Origin: Geobacter metallireducens GS-15
GTDB taxonomy: Bacteria > Desulfobacterota > Desulfuromonadia > Geobacterales > Geobacteraceae
Direction: 5' to 3'
Assembly: GCF_000012925.1 (NCBI RefSeq)
Contig: NC_007517.1
Coordinates: forward strand, 150,001 to 182,000
Length of the DNA: 32,000 nucleotides
This document shows positions 19,038-25,821 of the stretch, piece by piece. The notes beneath the pieces are model-generated. The model saw only the letters and a program-made list of their open reading frames with translations, was not told the origin of the DNA and did not search any database. Each line of letters starts with the position of its first letter. Within the stretch, counting starts at the first letter, position 1. The position numbers were made by a program, and so were the translations under genes.

Positions 19038-19143
19038 CCATATCCTCCCCATGTATTCCGAAACGGGCCATGCATCCGGCAGAGCCGGCTTTTGCCGCCA
19101 GGCTATCCATCTTACCACAACAATCCTTCGCCGCAACGGCTAT

Positions 19144-19854
19144 TTACGCCGTTCGCCGCTCCCGCCGCACCGCCAGGAGCATGACGTTCCCCGCGGTGAA
19201 GAGAAGCGCGCCGGCCAGGGCCCACCCCGCGCCCGGTTCCCGGTGGATCTCCACATAGGCGGTTGGGTACGGGAACGGCGCCGCCTGCTTCAGGTAGATG
19301 CCGACCCCGTCATGGAACAGGGGTTCGTTGGGCCGCACCGTCACCGGCGTTGATCTTCCCTGCTCCACGACCCGCATCCGGGCCCGGTAATCGAGCGGCA
19401 TCCCCCGGGGATCGGTTTCCACCTCGATGGCGTCAACCATGACGAAACTCCCGCCGGGAAAGCGGAGGTTGGACCCCTCGAAGAGCTGCATCGCCTGTTT
19501 CTCCCCCCCTTTGGCGCTCAGAAGGTGGGCCAGAACGATGAGGAGGAACCCCGCGTGCATGAGCTGGGGTGCCAGGAGAGCCAGGAGTCCGCTCTTGCCG
19601 TAGCGCTTCCGGATCGCCTCCACGCTGCACAAGAGCGTGTTCACCACCATGAGGGCCAGCAGGACCAGAGTCCCCCAGAGCCACCAGGAGGCGGAGAAGG
19701 GGGCCGCGCCAAGCCAGACGAAGAGGGGCATTTCGTTCAGGGACGCTGCGTCCTCTCCACCAAACGACCCTGCTGCCAGAAAGGCCATGACTCCCCCCAT
19801 GAGCCAGAGACCGAGGGAGAGGGAGGCCAAAAATTCGTAGATTCTCTTGATCAT
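19144..19854 (-). CDS. ResB/CcsB-like cytochrome c biogenesis protein, short form (236 aa)
   Basis: N-terminal TM 'FLASLSLGLWLMGGVMAFLAAGSF', 'LLCSVEAIRKRY' and 'LMHAGFLLIVLAHLL' resemble the ResB TM1/TM2 and conserved-His regions. It is much shorter than classical ResB. Confidence 0.6.
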   Translation of the reverse strand: MIKRIYEFLASLSLGLWLMGGVMAFLAAGSFGGEDAASLNEMPLFVWLGAAPFSASWWLWGTLVLLALMVVNTLLCSVEAIRKRYGKSGLLALLAPQLMHAGFLLIVLAHLLSAKGGEKQAMQLFEGSNLRFPGGSFVMVDAIEVETDPRGMPLDYRARMRVVEQGRSTPVTVRPNEPLFHDGVGIYLKQAAPFPYPTAYVEIHREPGAGWALAGALLFTAGNVMLLAVRRERRTA

Positions 19855-19932
19855 CGCGAAAAACCCGATGTGATCGCAGGGATCACCAATGCAATAACGG
19901 GGCCACTAAATATGATACGCGGCATACCCTCT

Positions 19933-20130
19933 CCTGAATCCGTGACGGATAGCGCGCCGACGGAGCGACTGTGCCCGAGCGCCAGCCGCTGTATGCGAAA
20001 TGGAGCGTCCAGTGGCCTGTTTGTTTGAACCCAACAGGGTGAGTTACAGGCCGCTAGCGAAATGAGCTGTACAGCGGCGGTGCGAGCGGCACTCGGAGCG
20101 AAATGGTGCGGTAGCCGTCGCGGATTCAGG
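19933..20130. repeat. ~198-bp imperfect palindrome in the ccsA-like/resB-like intercistronic region
   Basis: Perfect outer 10-bp arms CCTGAATCCG / CGGATTCAGG. Inner complementary blocks are GCCGCTGTA/TACAGCGGC and GGCCTGT/ACAGGCC. The motif GCGAAATG occurs three times. Confidence 0.7.
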
Positions 20131-20134
20131 CCTT

Positions 20135-20854
20135 TTAGAAACTGTGGGAGCTCTTCATCAGGATGCTCACTCCCAGGTAGGTGAAGAGCGCGACCGCGAA
20201 CCCGACGATGCCGCTCCAGGCCAGGGCCTTGTCACCCCCCGTCCCCCGGAGTCGCAGATGGAGCCAGAAGGTATAGAATATCCAGAGGATGGAGGTCCAG
20301 AACTCCTTCGGGGTCCAGAGCCAGTAGGTCCCCCAGGCGAAGTACCCCCAGATCCCCCCCGATACCATGGATGCGGAGAAAAAGGTGTACCCCACCAGCG
20401 CGGCCCGGTACTGGAGGTCAAGAATCCGCCGCTCCCCGCCGGCCAGGAAGATGCCCCCGAGGACCGCGCCGATGGCGAAGAGGGCGTAGGAGAAAAAGGC
20501 CAGCGCCACGTGGAGCTCGAACCAGAGGGTGCGGAGAACGGGGGGAAGCGGCATGGCGAAGGCGGGAAAGAGCAGGGCCATGAGCCCGAAGAGGGCCGCG
20601 GCGCACCCCATTCCCCAGGAAAAGAAAGATTGTTGCCGCAGCGCGGGCGACAAGAGGAACGGCAGCGCCATGAGGCCGATGGAGACGGAGAAGAACGCGA
20701 GGGTGTCGTGGGGCCCCACCAGGGGGAGCCGCCCCAGCTCGATCCCCCGGACTGCCAAGTAGGCCGCGCCGGCCGCGAGCCCCGCCGCGAAGAAGGGGCG
20801 GCGGAAGGCGCCGAAGAGGTAAAGTCCTGCCGAAAGAATGAGGAGCCATTTCAT
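20135..20854 (-). CDS. ccsA: Cytochrome c assembly protein CcsA/ResC family, short form
   Basis: Polytopic membrane protein with the Trp-rich heme-handling motif 'GGIWGYFAWGTYWLWTPKEFW' and flanking His residues ('ELHVALAF', 'FWLHLRL'). Confidence 0.82.
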   Translation of the reverse strand: MKWLLILSAGLYLFGAFRRPFFAAGLAAGAAYLAVRGIELGRLPLVGPHDTLAFFSVSIGLMALPFLLSPALRQQSFFSWGMGCAAALFGLMALLFPAFAMPLPPVLRTLWFELHVALAFFSYALFAIGAVLGGIFLAGGERRILDLQYRAALVGYTFFSASMVSGGIWGYFAWGTYWLWTPKEFWTSILWIFYTFWLHLRLRGTGGDKALAWSGIVGFAVALFTYLGVSILMKSSHSF

Positions 20855-20940
20855 AGGGTTCGGCTATAGCACATTCGCCGGGAGAAGGGAAGCCGCAGAA
20901 CGCTTGGCGGGCCGAACGCAACCTGTGCTTTCCGCGCTTT

Positions 20941-20968
20941 TTGACCTGCGTCAAGGAAGTGGTAAACT
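20941..20968 (+). promoter_or_regulatory. Candidate sigma70 promoter overlapping a CRP/FNR-type palindrome
   Basis: TTGACC (20941-20946), a 16-nt spacer, then TAAACT (20963-20968). TTGAC-CTGC-GTCAA (20941-20954) is a perfect 5+4+5 palindrome resembling TTGAT-N4-ATCAA. Confidence 0.4.
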
Positions 20969-21025
20969 CTGTCGGTGGAATGCCGCCGGCAATTCAACCC
21001 ATCCGGCGAGCGAAGGAGGAGAAAG

Positions 21026-22267
21026 ATGAAAGGACTCATCGTGCGGTACGGCATGGTTGCCGTCGTGGCCGTCCTCGGGATCGCAGCATCCCTGGGGCTG
21101 CGGGCGGCGCCGACGGAAGCGGCCCAGAAGTCGAAGTGCATCAGCTGTCACGAGAAGGTGACGCCGGGGGTGGTGACCCAGTTCCTCTCCGGCAAGATGG
21201 GCAAGACCCTGGACTGCTCCACCTGCCACGGCTCCGACCACCAGACAGAGAAGGACGTGGCAAAGGTGAAGCTTCCCACCCCCGAAACCTGTGCCCAGTG
21301 CCACGAGAAACGGGTCAAGGAATACCGCGAAGGGAAGCACGCCCTGGCTTGGGTCTCCATGAAGGCGATGCCAATGATCAACCACCAGCCATCGTCTGTG
21401 GGTGGCGGCGACCTCAAGGGGTGCTCGGCCTGCCACAAAGTCGGCGAAAAGCCCATGGCCGACCTCACCCGCTACGGCACTGGAGCCTGCGACTCGTGCC
21501 ACACCCGTCACTCCTTCTCGGTGAAGGAAGCCAGAGACCCTCGGGCCTGCCGCACCTGCCACATGGGCTTCGACCATCCGCAGTGGGAGATGTGGCAAAC
21601 CTCCAAGCACGGCACCATCTGGGAGATCGAGCCGACCACCGGTCGCGCCCCCACCTGCCAGACCTGCCACATGCCCGACGGCAGTCACGGGGTCATGACT
21701 GCCTGGGGCTTCCTGGCGCTGCGGGTTCCCGAGGACGACAAAGAGTGGTGGGACAATCGCGTGACCATCCTCAAGGCCATCGGTGTTCTTGACGAGAAAG
21801 GGCAGCCCACCGAACGTTTCGAGGCGGTGAAGGCAGCCAAGATAGCCCGGCTCACCAAGGAGGACTTCGATAAGGAACGGAAAAAGATGATCGACGTCTG
21901 CTCCAAGTGCCACTCCAGGAGCTACGCCGAGGCCAACTTGAAGGCGGGCGACGACATCATCCGCGAGGTGGACAAGATCTTCGCCGACTCCATCCGGACC
22001 GTGAAGGCCCTCTACGACGACGGCATACTCAAAAAGCCGGCCGACTGGAAGTACGCCCCTGATCTCCTCCAGTTCTACGAGGCGAAGAGCGCCGCCGAGC
22101 AGGAACTCTACCTGATCTTCCTGGAATACCGGCAGCGGGCCTTCCAGGGGGCCTTCCACGCAAACCCCGACTACATGCACTGGTACGGCTGGGCCAAGGT
22201 GAAGGAGGCCTCCGCCAGGATCAAGGAGGACGCGGAACGCCTGAGGGCCGAGGCGAAAAAGCACTGA
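21026..22267 (+). CDS. Octaheme c-type cytochrome (hydroxylamine-oxidoreductase/multiheme family-like), secreted
   Basis: ATG 21026 after GAAGGAGGAG, followed by a signal peptide. There are exactly eight CxxCH motifs (CISCH, CSTCH, CAQCH, CSACH, CDSCH, CRTCH, CQTCH, CSKCH) and no other Cys. The HAO-family assignment is tentative. Confidence 0.88.
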   Translation: MKGLIVRYGMVAVVAVLGIAASLGLRAAPTEAAQKSKCISCHEKVTPGVVTQFLSGKMGKTLDCSTCHGSDHQTEKDVAKVKLPTPETCAQCHEKRVKEYREGKHALAWVSMKAMPMINHQPSSVGGGDLKGCSACHKVGEKPMADLTRYGTGACDSCHTRHSFSVKEARDPRACRTCHMGFDHPQWEMWQTSKHGTIWEIEPTTGRAPTCQTCHMPDGSHGVMTAWGFLALRVPEDDKEWWDNRVTILKAIGVLDEKGQPTERFEAVKAAKIARLTKEDFDKERKKMIDVCSKCHSRSYAEANLKAGDDIIREVDKIFADSIRTVKALYDDGILKKPADWKYAPDLLQFYEAKSAAEQELYLIFLEYRQRAFQGAFHANPDYMHWYGWAKVKEASARIKEDAERLRAEAKKH

Positions 22268-22291
22268 TCCGCGGCCATGATGTTGAAACGG

Positions 22292-22320
22292 GAGGCGGGG
22301 CGAAAGCCCCGTCTCTTTTT
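22292..22320 (+). terminator. Intrinsic terminator after the octaheme cytochrome gene
   Basis: GAGGCGGGGC-GAAA-GCCCCGTCTC, a 10-bp stem with one G-U pair and a GNRA loop, followed by T5. Confidence 0.85.
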
Positions 22321-22441
22321 AGTTTCCGGTGGTGGAGGCCGGTTCGCGGAAAGCGAAAGGGGTGGTCTTCGGGGGCCGCTTCTGCTATAAAGCGAAAATC
22401 TGAAGCAAAGATTTTATCCGAGATCGAATCAGGAGGAAGCG

Positions 22442-23467
22442 ATGAAACGGATCATTCAGTGGATCTGCCTGGCGGCCCTGGCCCTTGCCGCCTTCGGTTG
22501 CGCCCACGACCCCTTCAACATCCCCCGGGCAGACTACGAGCAGAAGGTGAAGGTTCTCGGCGTGGCTCCCATCTTCATGGACGCCGATTCCGACATCCGG
22601 CACCCGGAGAAGGATACCCTCGTTACCCTGGTGCGGGAGTACAACCGGAAGAACGAGAAGGAACTGGCGGAGATGATCAAGGAATCCGGGGCCTACTTCT
22701 CGGTCCGCTTCCTGGATGCCGCCGCCCCCGACGAACTCTACCGCACACTTCTCCTGCGGGCCGAGCGCCGCGACGACGCCGGCGTGGTCTACAACAAGCA
22801 GTTCTTCAAGCCCGAGGAAATCAGGACCCTGGTCACCCAGAACAACGTGGACGCGGTGCTCCTGGTGACGGTGAGCGGCCTCACCATGCGGGACCGGATC
22901 TTCTCCAGCAACCTGGTCAAATACCTCGATTCCGATTACAACGTCCTCTCCGCCTCCGCCCAGATCCTCGACGCCAACGGCGCCACCCTCTGGGAGTACC
23001 CCAACTTCCGGGCCGGCAGCCCCTCCACGCCGGTCCTCGCCGAACTCCAGTACCCCGACTTCGACGAAGGGGCCGCCAACATGGATGAGCGGATCAACGT
23101 GAAGTTCAAGACCATCCCCGGACTCACCCGTTACCTGGGGAAAAAGGAGAAAGACCTCCTCTTCCGGGAGCGGAAGGCCACGGTCCCCTACTACCATCTC
23201 TTCGACGAGATGGTGGAACTCCTGAAGCCACCCATCAAGCTCTTTGGAGACGAGAAAAAGGGGGGCTCCGCACCGCAACCGGCCTCCTACCAGCCCCAGC
23301 CGGCGTCGCAGCCGTCCTACCAGCCTGCACCCCAACCGGCGCCGGCATCCAAGGCGGCACCGGCTCCCGCGGCACAGCCGGTTCCCGCGCCGCAACCGGA
23401 ATCCGTGGCGGTGCCGGAGCCGACGCCGATCCGCGAAGTCCCTATCGACGCAAAGCCGGTGCAGTAA
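22442..23467 (+). CDS. Lipoprotein of unknown function with Pro/Ala/Gln-rich C-terminal tail
   Basis: RBS AGGAGGAAG. Lipobox 'LALAAFGC'. The low-complexity tail is 'APQPASYQPQPASQPSYQPAPQPAPASKAAPAPAAQPVPAPQPE'. Confidence 0.75.
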   Translation: MKRIIQWICLAALALAAFGCAHDPFNIPRADYEQKVKVLGVAPIFMDADSDIRHPEKDTLVTLVREYNRKNEKELAEMIKESGAYFSVRFLDAAAPDELYRTLLLRAERRDDAGVVYNKQFFKPEEIRTLVTQNNVDAVLLVTVSGLTMRDRIFSSNLVKYLDSDYNVLSASAQILDANGATLWEYPNFRAGSPSTPVLAELQYPDFDEGAANMDERINVKFKTIPGLTRYLGKKEKDLLFRERKATVPYYHLFDEMVELLKPPIKLFGDEKKGGSAPQPASYQPQPASQPSYQPAPQPAPASKAAPAPAAQPVPAPQPESVAVPEPTPIREVPIDAKPVQ

Positions 23468-23498
23468 CAGACAACTGGCATGAGCAGCACGAAGCCCG

Positions 23499-23521
23499 AG
23501 CCCGAAAGGTTCGGGCTTTTT
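23499..23521 (+). terminator. Intrinsic terminator after the lipoprotein gene
   Basis: AGCCCGAA-AGG-TTCGGGCT followed by TTTT. Confidence 0.65.
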
Positions 23522-23598
23522 GCTGCCGGTTGCTCAACGGCAATCCTCGTTTACACTACAGAGACAGGGTCACAAATCTCCCCGTAAACGGAGCCCCC

Positions 23599-25206
23599 AT
23601 GAGACACCCCGAATTCACTCCCCGAAGAGTCTACGTCGCCGCCTCGTACATGGCCCCAGTGGGGCGCTACGACGGCAAGCACCGGGAACAGCTCTCCTTC
23701 CTCGACCTGGCCGAAAAGGCCAAGTCGGTCTTCAACGATTCACCGGTGAAACCCCGCGCCATCGAGGCGGTGGTGGTCGGCTCCCAGAGCCCCGTGGCCT
23801 TTTCCGGCGTCGACAACACCGCCGCCAAGATCGCCGGGGTCGTGGGGGTCTCGGGGGCCAAGTCGGTCCTCATCGACACCGCCTCCTCCTCGGGCGCCTC
23901 GGCCTTCGAGAACGCCTACCTCCAGATCGCCTCGGGCCGCTGCGACCATGTGCTCGCCATCGGCATCCAGAAAATGAGCGACGCCCCCACCACCGAGGCG
24001 ACCCGCATTGTCGCCGGGGTCATCGACAAAGACGAGGCTGAATTCGGCCTCAGCATGCCCGCCTGTGGGGCACTGGTGGCCCGGGCGCTCATGGAGCGGC
24101 ACGGCCTCTCCATTGACGAATGGACCGCCTTCTCGGCCCTCCTCACCCAGCGGGCCCACCGCTACGCCGCCAGGAACCCGGACGCGCATTTGAACAGGGA
24201 AATCCCCTTGGAGGAGTACTACCGCCAGATCATCAACGGGAAAAACTACCGCTACTGGTGGCCCCTGCGCTACCACGACTTCTGCCCCATGTCCGATGGC
24301 GTGGCCGCCGTGATCCTCACCGCCGCCCCCCAGGAGGTGATGGTCTCCGGCGTGGGGAGCGCCACCGATATCCCCACCATCGCCGACCGCAACTACTTCC
24401 ACTCCTTCCCCGCCACCGTGGCCGCCGCCGCCGAGGCCTACGGCATGGCCGGCATCAGGGACATCCGCGCCTTCGCCGGGAAGATCCACGTGAACATGCA
24501 CGACCCCTTCAACGGCTTCGGCCCCATCAACATGGTGGATCTCGGCTTCGTCCCCCGGGGGCGCATCCTCGACGCCCTCCTGGACGACGCTTGCACCGGG
24601 GAGAACGGCATGTTCCCCACCAACCTCACTGGCGGCCTCAAGGGACGGGGCCACCCCCTGGGGGCCACCGGCATGATCCAGGTGGTGGAGAACCACCGGA
24701 TGATTCTCGAAGGGCGCTTCCAGGCCGGCGTCTCCCACTCCATCGGCGGCCCCATCAACAACAACATCGTCACCCTCCTGGAGCGGAGCGACCACTACGA
24801 GCGCCGTCCCCACGAACCCTACAAGCCGTGGGGGCTCCCCTCCCTGGGCCGGCTCAAGCCGAAGGAAGTGACCGTTGACGCCCTCCTGGCGGAAACCGGC
24901 GTCGTGGAAGGGACCTTCGTCACCGCCACCACCCGCTTCGACTACAGGAGCGGCGACCCCGAGGGAATCATCACCATCGTTTCCTGCCGGGCACAAAGCG
25001 GCAAAAGTTACCGCTTCCTCTTCGGCATCGCCGGCGAGAACTACCAGCAACTCATCAAGCTCCTCCCCGGCGACCGGATCAGCCTGGAGCGGAGCGACGG
25101 CCAGATCCTCCTCAACCGGATGCCGGTGAAGAAGTTCTACCAGCGCACCATCGACGGGCTGGTGGATCTGGCAGGGAGCGGGTGGAAGAGGCTGACGGGG
25201 TGGTAA
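23599..25206 (+). CDS. Thiolase-like (SCP-x/archaeal-type) protein lacking the nucleophilic Cys, fused to a C-terminal OB-fold-like (DUF35-like) domain
   Basis: ATG 23599 after GGAG. 'LIDTASSSGASAFENAYLQIASGRCDHVLAIGIQKM' matches the thiolase active-site loop with Ser in place of Cys. 'GGLKGRGHPLGATGM' is the conserved His loop. An extra ~130 aa follows at the C-terminus. Confidence 0.78.
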   Translation: MRHPEFTPRRVYVAASYMAPVGRYDGKHREQLSFLDLAEKAKSVFNDSPVKPRAIEAVVVGSQSPVAFSGVDNTAAKIAGVVGVSGAKSVLIDTASSSGASAFENAYLQIASGRCDHVLAIGIQKMSDAPTTEATRIVAGVIDKDEAEFGLSMPACGALVARALMERHGLSIDEWTAFSALLTQRAHRYAARNPDAHLNREIPLEEYYRQIINGKNYRYWWPLRYHDFCPMSDGVAAVILTAAPQEVMVSGVGSATDIPTIADRNYFHSFPATVAAAAEAYGMAGIRDIRAFAGKIHVNMHDPFNGFGPINMVDLGFVPRGRILDALLDDACTGENGMFPTNLTGGLKGRGHPLGATGMIQVVENHRMILEGRFQAGVSHSIGGPINNNIVTLLERSDHYERRPHEPYKPWGLPSLGRLKPKEVTVDALLAETGVVEGTFVTATTRFDYRSGDPEGIITIVSCRAQSGKSYRFLFGIAGENYQQLIKLLPGDRISLERSDGQILLNRMPVKKFYQRTIDGLVDLAGSGWKRLTGW

Positions 25207-25220
25207 CCTGCGCCGGAGGA

Positions 25221-25526
25221 ATGGTGAAGAAACCTTTTTATACATGGGATGGTGATACCCTGGTGCTTAATATCCTCGGCACGCCCAATGCCAAACGGGA
25301 CGCCATCGGCAAGGTGAAGGGTCACCAGCTCTGTGTTAGTGTGACGGCTATCCCCCGCGCCGGGCGGGCGACCGACCATATGGTACGATTTCTGGCTGAC
25401 GAATTCGGCGTATCGGTCGGAGATATTCAGGTTGTGTTCGGGCGCATGAATGTCAATAAACAGTTGCGGATCAAGGCGCCGAAACGGTTGCCGCCGCTCA
25501 TCGGGCAGCAGGAATTTCCTCTCTGA
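25221..25526 (+). CDS. DUF167 (YggU/UPF0235) family protein
   Basis: 'L.L.I...P.AKRD.I....G..L.V.V.A.P..GRAT..MV.FLA..FGV...DI..V.G..N..K.L.I'. The start is ATG 25221 or GTG 25224, after GGAGGA. Confidence 0.72.
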   Translation: MVKKPFYTWDGDTLVLNILGTPNAKRDAIGKVKGHQLCVSVTAIPRAGRATDHMVRFLADEFGVSVGDIQVVFGRMNVNKQLRIKAPKRLPPLIGQQEFPL

Positions 25527-25544
25527 TCCCCCATAAAGGAAACA

Positions 25545-25769
25545 ATGGAACAGTATCCTTCCAATGACCACGAACAGCTGCTGGAACTGGCCACCATGCG
25601 GATGCCCTTTGGCAAATATCAGGGGCGCCGCCTCATCGATCTGCCGGAGCCCTATGTCGTCTGGTTTGCCGGGCAGGGCTTTCCCGAAGGGAAGCTGGGC
25701 ACCATGCTGCGCGCCGTCTATGAAATCAAGGTAAACGGGCTCGAATATCTGTTCGACCGGTTGCGGTGA
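25545..25769 (+). CDS. DUF3820 family protein
   Basis: 'MPFGKYQGRRLIDLPEPYVVWFAGQGFPEGKLGTMLRAVYEIKVNGLEYL' matches the DUF3820 signature. Confidence 0.8.
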   Translation: MEQYPSNDHEQLLELATMRMPFGKYQGRRLIDLPEPYVVWFAGQGFPEGKLGTMLRAVYEIKVNGLEYLFDRLR

Positions 25770-25821
25770 CGTTGCCGAGCGGCGACAGAACCGGGCCAAA
25801 CCACCGCCACGGAGACTCCCC

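Noticed and set aside
20951-22264. 437-aa minus-strand ORF opposite the octaheme cytochrome. Others lie at 20144-20869 (+), 22385-23395 (-), 23740-25245 (-), 25726-26541 (-), 26743-28050 (-), 16782-17726 (-), 14922-15656 (-) and 15760-16548 (-).
   Set aside because: The reasoning is the same. The opposite-strand genes carry eight CxxCH motifs, the WWD motif, a lipobox, thiolase loops and so on, whereas these ORFs show only GC-driven composition.
23270-23400. Repetitive CAGCC/CCGGC-rich DNA, considered as a tandem repeat or array
   Set aside because: It is the in-frame Pro/Ala/Gln low-complexity tail of the lipoprotein. It has no fixed repeat unit and no spacer structure. I saw no CRISPR-like array anywhere in the window.
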